This document shows positions 47,172-57,282 of a DNA stretch of 57,807 bases, piece by piece. The stretch is from IMG/VR virus record IMGVR_UViG_3300043466_004381, positions 1 through 57,807 of that record; one strand, written 5' to 3'. Origin of the DNA: a virus (taxonomy: Duplodnaviria > Caudoviricetes). The notes beneath the pieces were generated by a model that saw only the letters and a program-made list of their open reading frames with translations, was not told the origin of the DNA and made no database searches. How positions within the stretch are numbered: the stretch's first letter is position 1; each line of letters starts with the position of its first letter. A program made the position numbers and the translations under genes.

Positions 47172-48800
47172 ATGTTAGAGCTACTTAGCGCCTTCCCTAA
47201 AAATTATAAGCCAAATTCTGCACAAACAAAACTTCTAGCTGAAATACAGCATGCAATTAGTGATAACTTTAAATTTATTGTCTGCTGTGCACCTACAGGA
47301 TCGGGCAAGTCTTTTATATCTAAAACTATAAGCAATATTGCTTCTGAGCCTAGCTATAGCTATAGAGAATTAATTAACACATACTCTGCTTTTAAGCAAA
47401 ATTATATAGGAGGTTACTTACATGAAGAAGAATGCACCGAGGAACAACCACATGGTCTTTTTGCCTTAACGATAACGAAAACATTGCAAGATCAATATAA
47501 AGATCTTTTTAATGAAATTAACATTTTAAAAGGAAAAACTAATTATCAATGTGCAGTAAATACGAATCTTAGTGCAGAGGTAGCACCGTGTATATTGTTA
47601 AAAAGTCAAAAAGATGACTGCTGGAAGCAGAACAAATGCCCGTATTATGAAGCAAGAAACCAAGCGCTTGTTTCAACATTTGCAACTCTTAATTATAATA
47701 TGTTCTTTTCATTACCTGAACATGTTAAAAGGCGCGAGTTTCTTGTTTGTGACGAAGCTTCAGAGCTTGAAGATCAACTTGTAAAGCAATTTTCATGTAG
47801 TATAGAATATGATATATTAAAAAAGAGCGATATACAAATACCGCCATTTAATAGCAATAATTATAGCGCAGTATATAGATGGGTTAACACAGTAAATCTT
47901 CGTATCGCAGACAAGCTCGAAAAACTTAAAGAAGATCTAGCAAATAAAAACAAACAATTATTTTTTGATGTTAAAAAAGCTGAATATTTAACTTTAAGAA
48001 ATCTTAACACAAAAATCTCTACCTTACTAGATAATTGGAATGAATGTGAATATGTGTACGAGCCTACTATTAAAGGTATAAATTTTACTCCCTTGAAAGT
48101 AAATAACCTTTCTAAGTATTTGTTTGATTACGGCAAAACAATCATTTTAATGTCAGCAACTATTATTGATCATAAAAATTTCTGCAAAGCGTTAGGTATA
48201 GATAGTTATAAGTATATTGAAATAGATTCTTCTTTTGATCCGAAAAATGCTCCTATACATGTAAATACTAAACTTAAGTTAAGCTATAACAATCTTAAGC
48301 AAAACTTACCAAAAATTAAAAAGCAAATAGAAGAAATCTGCAATCATCACAAATCTGAAAAGGGTCTAATACATACACACACAAACACTATAACAGGATT
48401 TTTAAAACAACAGCTTAAAGGAGATAGATTTTTGTATAGAGAACCTGGAGTAAATAATGAAGCACTTCTCAACCAACACTACAATACAGACTCGCCAACC
48501 GTTATTGTTTCACCCTCAATGTCGCATGGCGTTGATCTAAAAGATGATCGCGCTCGCTTTCAAATTATTGTTAAAGCTCCGTATTTACCTATGAAGGATA
48601 AGCGAATAGAAAAATTAATAAAAAGCGATACGCAGTGGTATATTAATAAGATGCTCTCAGCATTAATACAAGCTTGCGGACGCGGTGTGCGATCTTCACA
48701 AGATCATTGCGTTACATATATTCTTGACGGTTCAATTATAGATAAAGTCATTACAAATAAAGATAAGCTTCCAAAATATTTCTTAGAAAGGTTTACTTAA
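47172..48800 (+). CDS. DinG/XPD-like SF2 helicase
   Basis: APTGSGKS, LQDQY, KGKTNYQC...C...C...CPYY (Fe-S cysteines), DEASE, MSATI, GVDL, QACGRGVR. Confidence 0.9.
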   Translation: MLELLSAFPKNYKPNSAQTKLLAEIQHAISDNFKFIVCCAPTGSGKSFISKTISNIASEPSYSYRELINTYSAFKQNYIGGYLHEEECTEEQPHGLFALTITKTLQDQYKDLFNEINILKGKTNYQCAVNTNLSAEVAPCILLKSQKDDCWKQNKCPYYEARNQALVSTFATLNYNMFFSLPEHVKRREFLVCDEASELEDQLVKQFSCSIEYDILKKSDIQIPPFNSNNYSAVYRWVNTVNLRIADKLEKLKEDLANKNKQLFFDVKKAEYLTLRNLNTKISTLLDNWNECEYVYEPTIKGINFTPLKVNNLSKYLFDYGKTIILMSATIIDHKNFCKALGIDSYKYIEIDSSFDPKNAPIHVNTKLKLSYNNLKQNLPKIKKQIEEICNHHKSEKGLIHTHTNTITGFLKQQLKGDRFLYREPGVNNEALLNQHYNTDSPTVIVSPSMSHGVDLKDDRARFQIIVKAPYLPMKDKRIEKLIKSDTQWYINKMLSALIQACGRGVRSSQDHCVTYILDGSIIDKVITNKDKLPKYFLERFT

Positions 48801-48816
48801 ATAAATATAAAAGGAA

Positions 48817-49944
48817 GTGAAAAAATACACGTATAATTTTGAAGTAAAAGACCTTTTAACGCAGTTTGCTGCAGCGTTCGATGATATAGTTATAAAAAGA
48901 TATAACGCTACACGCGAATCTAAAGAAGAAATTTCCGTTCGCTACGTACTCGGTCCTAAAGAAAGGGTAATGTACGATATTGTCAATAAAGCGCAAAATC
49001 TAACATTGCCTGTTATAGCAATTAACCCTACTTCGATATCTCGTGACTCTTCTCGTGTTTTTAACAAATTAGACGGCTTTTACAATTACAAAAACGAAGC
49101 ATATCTCAATACAATTAAGACACCGGTACCAATAAACATTACCGTTAGCGTATCAATTCTTGCGAGATATATGCAAGATATGGATCAAATAGTCTCTAAT
49201 TTTATTCCATACGCTAACCCATATATTATTATTTCGTGGAAAGAGCCTCTCGGTCTCACGACTGAAACGTTCGAGATAAGAACAGAAGTACTTTGGGATG
49301 GCAATATTAACCTAACTTCCCCAACAGATTTAACTTATAGTGATAAATTTAGAATTACAGCAGATACAACATTTACAATTAAAGGGTGGCTGTTTAAAGA
49401 TTCGAACGTAAATTACCCTTCAATATATAATGTTAAAATTAACAATATTACACCGTACACGGGATTCGATTTTAATACCCTTGATGATGATAGCTACAGC
49501 ACGAAAGCATACTCACTTACAGCCGATTCATCAACAGATATTATAAGCGGCGGACCGATAATAACAAACGCCTTCTACACCACACGCGGCTCAATGTTAC
49601 CTGTTACCCATCCTATTACCTTTAATAAACAATTAACAGGTAATAATAGCTTTTTGTTTTACGGAACAGGGTTGAGCAGCGTCACAACAGTATTGTTAAG
49701 TTCAAACAATAATACTTTAACATCTGGTCTGACATCTCTGAAATGTAAGTCTAATGTAATTTCTGGATTTAAATTATCGCCTTCATCTTATAATATTATT
49801 AATGATAATTTATTATCTGTAAATATTCCGTATCTTTCTGGCAGTGGTAAGGTAGATATACTTCTTTTTGCTCCGCAAGGATGCTTTTCAACATTTTCAA
49901 TGAATAACTTTCATTTTAGTGATACATATAATTTACCTTGTTAG
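48817..49944 (+). CDS. gp15: Tail sheath terminator/stabiliser (gp15-like) with C-terminal Ig-like extension
   Basis: QFAAAFDDIVIKR, YVLGPKE, TLP, PVPINI, DMDQIVSNFIPY.NP, FTIKGWLF. Confidence 0.8.
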   Translation: MKKYTYNFEVKDLLTQFAAAFDDIVIKRYNATRESKEEISVRYVLGPKERVMYDIVNKAQNLTLPVIAINPTSISRDSSRVFNKLDGFYNYKNEAYLNTIKTPVPINITVSVSILARYMQDMDQIVSNFIPYANPYIIISWKEPLGLTTETFEIRTEVLWDGNINLTSPTDLTYSDKFRITADTTFTIKGWLFKDSNVNYPSIYNVKINNITPYTGFDFNTLDDDSYSTKAYSLTADSSTDIISGGPIITNAFYTTRGSMLPVTHPITFNKQLTGNNSFLFYGTGLSSVTTVLLSSNNNTLTSGLTSLKCKSNVISGFKLSPSSYNIINDNLLSVNIPYLSGSGKVDILLFAPQGCFSTFSMNNFHFSDTYNLPC

Positions 49945-49982
49945 CTGTCATTTTTCGACTCATCTAATAAATATATACACTA

Positions 49983-51791
49983 ATGGCTGATCTTTCTACA
50001 TCACCTAATTCAAATCGTTCTTATGTTACAAATGATGGGCGTGGTAATACATTCGGTAGAAGTCTTGTAAGTTATATTCAAAATAGATTACCGTATACCA
50101 GTGTAACATATGACAATGATCAGATAAATCCTAAATATAAGCACTTTGCAAAAGCGGGTGTACGTCGCGCTGAAGCGCTAGCTAAGAACTCTATTTCACT
50201 ATCTAATGACTTTAATAATATGCCTCTAGGGGATATTAATAAAGATACATCATTTGGTGATATAATGTATGCTAACATTCAACAGGATAAGCCTGCTCGA
50301 TTAAGAGATTATAGGATTATGGCTGCTTATTCCGATGTAGCAGATGCACTTGATGAAATTTGTGATGAGGTAATAAATCCTGGTGAAAATAACAGAATAG
50401 TAAATCTAACATTCAACAATATAGACCTAACTGTTCTTGAAAAAGAGAAATTAGAAGAAGAATTTAATAAATACGCTGATTATTTTGAGTTAAAAACAAG
50501 AGGCTGGCAATACTTTAGACAGCTAATGATTGAAGGAGAAATATTCTTCGAATTAATTGTACACGAAGATTATCTTAAAGAAGGTGTTTTAGGTGTTATA
50601 AATCTACCTGCTGAAGTTATTGACCCTGTATACAGCAATATTCAAAATATGCTTATTAAAGGTTATATTTATCGGAAGCCTATTTTTGATAAGGTCAATC
50701 CTGAAAAGATTGAAAAAATTGAATTTATACCTATGGAAGAAAATCAAATTATATACATTAATTCAGGTGTATATAATGAGTCAAAGACTTTTGCACTTCC
50801 GTTTTTAGAGAATGTAAGAAGGCCTTATCGTCAGTTATCCCTTATTGAAGATTCAATTGTTATATATAGATTGGTGCGCGCACCTGAACGCTTGGTATTT
50901 AATGTAGATGTTGGAAACATGGCGCCGCCAAAAGCTGAAGCGTATCTTAAAAAACTAATACAACAATACTGGTCGCGTAAGACTTTCGATCTAAATCAAG
51001 CTGATACCGTTAAACAATTTAATCCACAATCGATGCTTGACGCGTTTTGGTTTGCAAAACGTCAAGGCTCAGAAGGTACTAATGTTACACAACTACCCGG
51101 TGGTTCAAACTTAGGTCAATTAGACGACTTAATGTATTTTGTTAAAAAACTATATAGATCACTTAAAGTACCAACATCACGTCTCGATCCACAAGATGCT
51201 TTCAAAGATGGAGCTGAGATACTTCGTGAAGAATTAAAATTTGCAAGATTTATAATAAGACAGCAGCAACGATTTGCATCAGGTATAAAGCGTGGCTTTG
51301 TAACACATCTCAAGCTTACAGGCTTGTGGGAGAAGTATGAACTTACACTCAATAATATTGAGGTAGACTTTAATGTACCGACGAATTTTTACGAGCTACG
51401 TGAAAATCAACGGCTAGAACTAAAATCAACCAGCTATAATAATCTAGCAAGCAATGAGTTTGTTTCAGCTACATACGCGCAGAAAAAATATCTAGGATGG
51501 AAAGATAGAGATATACTAGCAAACCGTGAATTTTTACGCAAAGACGCGGAAATGCAATGGGAGTTAGCACAAATACAAGCAGCGGGCCCAGCATGGAAAG
51601 AACAGCTTATCGCGAATGATATTAGCGGACAGGCAGGCGAAGGCGCTCCTGCTGCTGGTGGAGGCGGTGCACCTCCAGCCTTTGGTGGAGGTCCAGCAGC
51701 ATTGGGTGAAGAGCCTGCAGCAGAAGCAATACCACCTGAGCCAGGAGCAGAAGCAGGAAACGTCCCTCCCGCTCCTCAGCCAGCAGCATAA
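49983..51791 (+). CDS. gp20: Portal protein (gp20)
   Basis: YRIMA...DALDEI, QLSLIEDSIVIYRLVRAPERLVFNVDVGNM...KAE, TQLPGG.NLG, REELKF. Confidence 0.97.
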   Translation: MADLSTSPNSNRSYVTNDGRGNTFGRSLVSYIQNRLPYTSVTYDNDQINPKYKHFAKAGVRRAEALAKNSISLSNDFNNMPLGDINKDTSFGDIMYANIQQDKPARLRDYRIMAAYSDVADALDEICDEVINPGENNRIVNLTFNNIDLTVLEKEKLEEEFNKYADYFELKTRGWQYFRQLMIEGEIFFELIVHEDYLKEGVLGVINLPAEVIDPVYSNIQNMLIKGYIYRKPIFDKVNPEKIEKIEFIPMEENQIIYINSGVYNESKTFALPFLENVRRPYRQLSLIEDSIVIYRLVRAPERLVFNVDVGNMAPPKAEAYLKKLIQQYWSRKTFDLNQADTVKQFNPQSMLDAFWFAKRQGSEGTNVTQLPGGSNLGQLDDLMYFVKKLYRSLKVPTSRLDPQDAFKDGAEILREELKFARFIIRQQQRFASGIKRGFVTHLKLTGLWEKYELTLNNIEVDFNVPTNFYELRENQRLELKSTSYNNLASNEFVSATYAQKKYLGWKDRDILANREFLRKDAEMQWELAQIQAAGPAWKEQLIANDISGQAGEGAPAAGGGGAPPAFGGGPAALGEEPAAEAIPPEPGAEAGNVPPAPQPAA

Positions 51792-51815
51792 GCACGTTAA
51801 AGAATAAATAACTGT

Positions 51816-52961
51816 ATGTCATCGCCATGTGTAATAACGCCAGTTTCAGCGTTTCTTTCTACAAATTTAAATAGTAAAATAGATTGTTACGGTAAGCTTG
51901 GTGAACGCATACAGCGATCTTTAGGGTATCCGCTTATCACTCTTGAAATACATCAAGATCAGCTATTTGAAAATATACAGATTGCTATTGAATTTTTTAC
52001 AAAATTTGCTGGGTATACGACAGAATATTTAGTTTTTGATTCAAACCTATACGAAAAAAACAAAGGCATAAGACTCGATCATTTGTTTACTATTAATAAT
52101 AGCGAATATACCACCTCACAAAAACTTGCCGATACAACACCATTTCCTGGTCCTGGATTTACAGTCGAAACGCCTGAAGCTGTCTTTATAACAACAACAA
52201 GTATTATTTCTTCCGTTTTTGCACAATCAACAACACTTTCAAGCACTTTTAGTAAAGGTATAGAAGAATTGGATATTATAGATCAGACGATATATAGCTC
52301 TATTACTTCATTTAACGTATCTCTTTCAAGTAACTTTAAACAAACTATAAAAAAGACGCTCACGCTTGAATGCTCCAAAACGCAAGCTTCAACATACAGC
52401 AATGTTTTTGATTACGATATTATGGACTACCGTAAGGTAATTGATGTTGTTGATTTTCAAGAAGGCTCTACCACAGGTATAAACACTCTCTTCACTCTCG
52501 AGCAGACTCTAGCTCAACAAACATATTATAGTTATGCATTAGGCAATTATGGCTTTGACTTACTTTCATGGTACGCTGTAAAGGAGTTCATGGATACACG
52601 GGAAAAATTACTCGCTATTACGAGAGATCTCAAATTTGACCCTAGAACGCAATATCTAACAATGTATCCACAGCCTGGGAAGAATCGTTTTTATGGTGTC
52701 ATTTCGTGTTATGTAGAGCGACCTATACGCGACCTTATTAAGGAGCAGTGGGTTTATCAATATGCATTAGCTCTTTCGAAAATAACCATAGGTAGAGTTA
52801 GAAGCAAATTCGGTAACGTAACCCTACTGGGTGGAGGGTCGCTTAATTATGATCTTTTAGAAGAAGGTAAAACAGAAAAAATTGAATTGGAGAAGCGTCT
52901 TTTAGAGGGAGCATCTCCGGGCTTTGGCGACTCAGATCCTATACTATTTTATGTCGGGTAA
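51816..52961 (+). CDS. gp13: Neck protein (gp13-like)
   Basis: RSLGYPLITLEI..DQ, WVYQYALAL.K...G..RSKF...LLGG.SLN, PILFYVG. Confidence 0.88.
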   Translation: MSSPCVITPVSAFLSTNLNSKIDCYGKLGERIQRSLGYPLITLEIHQDQLFENIQIAIEFFTKFAGYTTEYLVFDSNLYEKNKGIRLDHLFTINNSEYTTSQKLADTTPFPGPGFTVETPEAVFITTTSIISSVFAQSTTLSSTFSKGIEELDIIDQTIYSSITSFNVSLSSNFKQTIKKTLTLECSKTQASTYSNVFDYDIMDYRKVIDVVDFQEGSTTGINTLFTLEQTLAQQTYYSYALGNYGFDLLSWYAVKEFMDTREKLLAITRDLKFDPRTQYLTMYPQPGKNRFYGVISCYVERPIRDLIKEQWVYQYALALSKITIGRVRSKFGNVTLLGGGSLNYDLLEEGKTEKIELEKRLLEGASPGFGDSDPILFYVG

Positions 52962-53404
52962 TGAAATTTATAAAAAATAGTAAATACAGACAGGGGATTT
53001 TTACCCCGATAAATAAAGAAAAATTTATCGGAAGCCACGCTATATATCGCTCAGGACTTGAACTTAAGTTTTTTAGATTTTGTGATATGAATCAAAATAT
53101 TATTCAGTGGGGAAGCGAAAATATTGTATTACCGTATATAAGCCCTGTCGATAATAGAGTACATCGTTATTTTGTAGACAACTATGTGGTTATTAAAGAA
53201 AATAATAAGCTTAACAAATATTTAGTAGAAATCAAACCACATAAGCAAACACTGCCGCCAGCTACAAAATATAAAAAACAGCAGCACTTATTATATGAAC
53301 AAAAACAATATGCTATTAATACAGCAAAATGGGAGAGTGCACGAGAGTATTGTAGAAAGCATAGCTTGACCTTTCTCATACTTACAGAAAAAGAATTAAC
53401 CTAG
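52961..53404 (+). CDS. gp4: Head completion nuclease (gp4-like)
   Basis: PINKEKF, YRSGLE, WGSE..PYISPVD..HRYFVD, VEIKP, N.AKW, LTEKEL. Confidence 0.92.
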   Translation: MKFIKNSKYRQGIFTPINKEKFIGSHAIYRSGLELKFFRFCDMNQNIIQWGSENIVLPYISPVDNRVHRYFVDNYVVIKENNKLNKYLVEIKPHKQTLPPATKYKKQQHLLYEQKQYAINTAKWESAREYCRKHSLTFLILTEKELT

Positions 53405-53437
53405 TAAAAGTTACCACTAAACAATAAATATATACAT

Positions 53438-54103
53438 ATGTCTTTAAAATTGAATCTCTTAGTAGAAAAACCAGTAATTGATGATAGCTTCGAATACATT
53501 GTTGAAGAAAGTAATCGCAATACACCAGCTACTCTCTATATAAAAGGTCCATATATGATGGCTGAAGGTATAAACAAAAATAAAAGACTTTATCCTATTG
53601 ATGAATTAAGATTAGAAGTTAATAGGTACAACGATGAAATGGTAAAGCCAGGCCGCGCAATGGGTGAACTAAATCACCCGACCTCAGCAGATGTTGATCT
53701 TGAACGTGCATGTCATGTTGTTACAGAGATGTATGAAGATAATAATGTTTTTTATGGGAAGTCAAAAGTACTATCAACGCCGTGTGGTTTAATAGTAAAA
53801 TCGCTTATTAATGATGGAGTAAAAGTAGGTATGTCTTCAAGAGCATTAGGTACTTTAGAAGAAAGTCGCGGTTGTAATGTTGTACGAAACATGAAGCTAG
53901 TAGCTATTGACTGTGTTGCAGATCCGTCTTTCCCTAAAGCTTTCGTCAATGGTATTCTAGAATCCAAGCAATGGGTCCTAGCTAACAATGGTAAGTTTGA
54001 AGAAGCGTATGATACCTTTGAAAAAACAATTAATACTTTACCACGCAAAGATTTAGATGCTTATTTACGCGAGCAAATTTTAAACTTTATTAATAAAATA
54101 TAA
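53438..54103 (+). CDS. gp21: Prohead protease (gp21)
   Basis: NKNKRLY, GELNHP, STPCG, GMSSRALG, DCVADPS. Confidence 0.95.
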   Translation: MSLKLNLLVEKPVIDDSFEYIVEESNRNTPATLYIKGPYMMAEGINKNKRLYPIDELRLEVNRYNDEMVKPGRAMGELNHPTSADVDLERACHVVTEMYEDNNVFYGKSKVLSTPCGLIVKSLINDGVKVGMSSRALGTLEESRGCNVVRNMKLVAIDCVADPSFPKAFVNGILESKQWVLANNGKFEEAYDTFEKTINTLPRKDLDAYLREQILNFINKI

Positions 54104-54123
54104 GTTCGAGCATAAATAATAAT

Positions 54124-54318
54124 ATGTCGCTAAATAGTATGAGTGAAAAGAAACAAACAGTAAAAAAAATAAAAATAAGCGAATCATCAAAAATTGCTGC
54201 GTTTATTACTGCTATTTCTAGTAAAAATTATGCTCAAGCACATAAATATTTAACAGCTGTCGTTAATAATAAGCTACAGGCAAGAATTAGTAAAGCTGCC
54301 AATGACCCGCTCTTTTAA
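54124..54318 (+). CDS. Small prohead core protein
   Basis: CATAAATA lies 5 nt upstream; positioned between gp21 and gp22. Confidence 0.55.
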   Translation: MSLNSMSEKKQTVKKIKISESSKIAAFITAISSKNYAQAHKYLTAVVNNKLQARISKAANDPLF

Positions 54319-54324
54319 ACTACT

Positions 54325-55170
54325 ATGAATATTACAAAAATGTTACCGGAACAAGTTACAGATCTTCTGACCGAAGAATCCTTAACATCAATACAGAACG
54401 CTATTAAAGATAAAACAAGTGTACTTGTTGAGGCTGCGCTAGTAGAACAAGATGAGCTATACGCAAAGAAGCTTACTGTATTAATGAGCGCTATTGATAA
54501 AGATCATACTGCTAAGCTTAAAAGAGTGGTTGAATCTATCGATCGCGTTAACGCTAACAAGCTTCTTAAAGTAGTTAAAAAATACGAAACAGAAATTAAC
54601 CAATCCGCAGCAGAATTTAAAAATACGCTTGTAGAGTCAATTTCGCAGTATTTAGAAGAGTTTATTAACGAAGCTATTCCTTCTGAAGCAATACAAGAAG
54701 CAACAAAGAATAGAACAGCTGTTGAAGTATTAAGCAACTTAAGAAAAGTGCTTGCTGTGGATTCAGCGTTGATGAGCGAATCAGTAAAAGATGCTGTTCT
54801 CGATGGTAAAAACCAAATTGATCAATTGACAGCTGAGGTTAAAAAGCTAAGCAATGAAAACAATCTTCTTAAAGAAAATTATAATAAGACAAAAGCTGAT
54901 CTTATTTTAGAATCGAAGACAGCAGGTCTTTCTGAGAAGAAAAAAGAATATATTAAGCGCGTACTTGGTGATAAAACACCTAAATTTATTGTAGAAAACT
55001 TTGATTATACCTTAAGACTCTTTGAAAAGAAAGAAGCAGAAAATCTTAATGTCATTAAAGAGCAAGCCTTTACAAAACGTACTGTAAAAGCGGATGCTCC
55101 TAGAGAGATTGTACGTGAAGAAAAACAACAAAAAAATCCGTACTTATCTGAACTTCAAAGAATGAAATAA
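54325..55170 (+). CDS. gp22: Prohead scaffold protein (gp22)
   Basis: Coiled coil with LTEE, LVESISQYL, ILESKT.GLS; directly upstream of the major capsid gene. Confidence 0.85.
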   Translation: MNITKMLPEQVTDLLTEESLTSIQNAIKDKTSVLVEAALVEQDELYAKKLTVLMSAIDKDHTAKLKRVVESIDRVNANKLLKVVKKYETEINQSAAEFKNTLVESISQYLEEFINEAIPSEAIQEATKNRTAVEVLSNLRKVLAVDSALMSESVKDAVLDGKNQIDQLTAEVKKLSNENNLLKENYNKTKADLILESKTAGLSEKKKEYIKRVLGDKTPKFIVENFDYTLRLFEKKEAENLNVIKEQAFTKRTVKADAPREIVREEKQQKNPYLSELQRMK

Positions 55171-55188
55171 AATTTTCCCTAAACAATG

Positions 55189-55226
55189 AGGTGCTAGACA
55201 CCTGAGTAACATGAGCTTAGCTCATG
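55189..55226 (+). promoter_or_regulatory. Twin hairpins in the gp23 leader
   Basis: aggtg-ctaga-cacct and catgagc-tta-gctcatg, followed by AAAGGA about 14 nt before ATG 55257. Confidence 0.5.
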
Positions 55227-55256
55227 AAGGTCGAAAGAAAGGAAATAAAGCTAATT

Positions 55257-56729
55257 ATGAATAAACCACAGTCATTTATCGATAGAAACAGAGCTGATAC
55301 ACTTCTAGAGAAGTGGGCACCAGTTCTTGATTTCAAGTCTGATTCTTGTAAGGAAATTCGTGACGAGCACACACGTCTTAACACTGCTGTTCTTCTTGAG
55401 AACCAAGAGAAGTGGTGTATGGAGCAAACAGTCGCAGGTAGCGGCGGTGGTGTTGTTGGTGCCTTTGGCGCTAACGCATACTCTGGTGGTCAATATAACC
55501 CACCAGGTTCAATCAACAGCACTGACTCTTATGCGAATGGTGATGCACGTCTTCCGAAGATTCTTATCCCAATGATTCGTCGTACGTTCCCTGAGCTTAT
55601 CTCCAACGAAATCGTCGGTGTACAACCAATGTCCGGCCCAGTCGGTCTTGCTTTTGCTTTACGCTATAAGTATGACACAACTGGTCTTGGTACTGGTGGT
55701 AGCGACGTTGGCTCAAATCCAAACCCACACTATACAGTAGGTAATGCAAATGGCCGTGAACTTGGTTATCAATATATTGATTCCAGATTCACAGGTACAT
55801 CTTCATCACGTCTCTCTGGTGCTGATGCTTGGAGATTTGCTGCACAGGATCAAGGTGTTGCTGAAATTCTCAAGAACTTTGAGATTCAAAACAACATTCC
55901 TCAGATTAACGTGTCCTTCGAGAAAACAGCTGTTGAAGCTGGTACTCGTAGACTCGGTGCTCGTTGGTCAGTAGAACTTGAGCAAGACCTCAAGAACATG
56001 AATGGTATCGATATCGATGCTGAGATCACAAACGCTATGTCGTATGAGATCCAAGCAGAAATCGACCGTGAAATGATCATGAGAATGGTTCAAGCTGCTC
56101 TTGGAGCTGGTTTTGGTGCAGGTTACTCCGTATGGAGCCCAGCATCTGCTGACGGTCGTTGGTTGGTTGAGCGTAATAGAGACTTCTATCAGAAGCTTAT
56201 CATCGAAGCAAACAGAATCGCTGTTCGTAACAGACGCGGTGCTGCTAACTTCATCGTTGCTACACCACGTGTTTGCGCGATTCTTGAAATGCTTCCTGAA
56301 TTCCAATGGGTCCCAGTTCAAGGCGATGTATCTACACAACCTGTAGGTATTGCTAAGATTGGTTCTGTTGGTGGAAGATTCAGCGTATACCGTGATACAC
56401 GTACCGAAGCTCAAAACTCCAATCTCTACGGTGATCAAGGATATACCAACCCAGACGTACCATCCGGTACTTATACATCTGGTGTTGAGTATGCTCTTCT
56501 TGGCTACAAGGGACCAGAGTTCTACGATACAGGTATCATCTACTGTCCTTACATTCCGATCATGGTACAAAGAACAATCGGACCACAAGACTTCGCTCCA
56601 CGCGTAGGCTTGCTCACCCGTTATGGTGTCGTCGATAATATCTTCGGCGCTAACCTTTACTACCATGTTGTTATTGTTTCAGGGCTAGGTACTGCGTTCT
56701 CTCCTGCAGCTCAGAACGTATACTTCTGA
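55257..56729 (+). CDS. gp23: Major capsid protein (gp23)
   Basis: LLEKWAPVL, LLENQ, GVQPMSGPVGL.FALR, ELEQDL, EIDRE, YCPYIP, TRYG. Start reassigned to MNKPQ. Confidence 0.98.
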   Translation: MNKPQSFIDRNRADTLLEKWAPVLDFKSDSCKEIRDEHTRLNTAVLLENQEKWCMEQTVAGSGGGVVGAFGANAYSGGQYNPPGSINSTDSYANGDARLPKILIPMIRRTFPELISNEIVGVQPMSGPVGLAFALRYKYDTTGLGTGGSDVGSNPNPHYTVGNANGRELGYQYIDSRFTGTSSSRLSGADAWRFAAQDQGVAEILKNFEIQNNIPQINVSFEKTAVEAGTRRLGARWSVELEQDLKNMNGIDIDAEITNAMSYEIQAEIDREMIMRMVQAALGAGFGAGYSVWSPASADGRWLVERNRDFYQKLIIEANRIAVRNRRGAANFIVATPRVCAILEMLPEFQWVPVQGDVSTQPVGIAKIGSVGGRFSVYRDTRTEAQNSNLYGDQGYTNPDVPSGTYTSGVEYALLGYKGPEFYDTGIIYCPYIPIMVQRTIGPQDFAPRVGLLTRYGVVDNIFGANLYYHVVIVSGLGTAFSPAAQNVYF

Positions 56730-56753
56730 TATTAATCAAAGTAAAAGTTATTT

Positions 56754-56787
56754 AAAATGGCGGGGACCGAAGGCCCCGCCATTTTTT
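56754..56787 (+). terminator. Intrinsic terminator after gp23
   Basis: aaaatggcgggg-accgaagg-ccccgccatttttt. Confidence 0.9.
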
Positions 56788-56822
56788 ATATAAAAAAAGT
56801 ATGGGGAGGAATAAATAATAAT

Positions 56823-57230
56823 ATGCCAGTCATTAACTTTAACAATCAAGTTCTCTCAGCATTCGGTACACCTCCAGTAAATTTAAGCTGGTCTCTTTCC
56901 AGTACAGGTCAATTTAAGACAGTCGAACTTCTCACCACTGGCACAACAGCCTCAAAAGCAGTCCGTGGAGTAGCTTTCAATACACTTCTTTCATCAGCAG
57001 TATCTCCTGCTTCCGGTACTGGTTCGTTTGCTACTCTTTCAGCATTTGCCGGTACAACATTTAGAGTTGATAGCGCATACAACGGCCAGACAATGGCTGT
57101 TATTTTTACAGATGAGTCATCATCACTATTCACAGTTGTTACAGGTACTGCACTACAGACTCTTACAGCAAACGGATTTGATACATCGTTTCCACAGATT
57201 CAAAAGGAAGTATATCTAGGTTATCGTTAA
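56823..57230 (+). CDS. Late structural protein (candidate head decoration)
   Basis: AATAAATA 56810-56817 lies 5 nt before ATG 56823; T/S/A/G-rich; follows gp23. Confidence 0.6.
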   Translation: MPVINFNNQVLSAFGTPPVNLSWSLSSTGQFKTVELLTTGTTASKAVRGVAFNTLLSSAVSPASGTGSFATLSAFAGTTFRVDSAYNGQTMAVIFTDESSSLFTVVTGTALQTLTANGFDTSFPQIQKEVYLGYR

Positions 57231-57249
57231 TACTTCTTCTTCATATACT

Positions 57250-57281
57250 AAAAGAGCCGATCGAAGATCGGCTCTTTTTTT
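57250..57281. terminator. Bidirectional intrinsic terminator
   Basis: aaaagagccgatc-gaa-gatcggctcttttttt between convergent genes. Confidence 0.9.
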
Positions 57282-57282
57282 A

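Noticed and set aside
51600-51791. G/A/P/E-rich, GC-rich tail of the portal gene as a foreign insert
   Set aside because: In-frame low-complexity C-terminus with no mobile-element hallmarks.
55968-56666. 232-aa antisense ORF in gp23
   Set aside because: Shadow frame caused by biased codon usage; no motif or promoter.
23437-56825. ORF-track starts at 23468, 23919, 25670, 34235, 35630, 46408, 55224 and 56757
   Set aside because: These extensions run through promoter motifs, terminators or upstream genes; downstream ATGs fit the motifs better.
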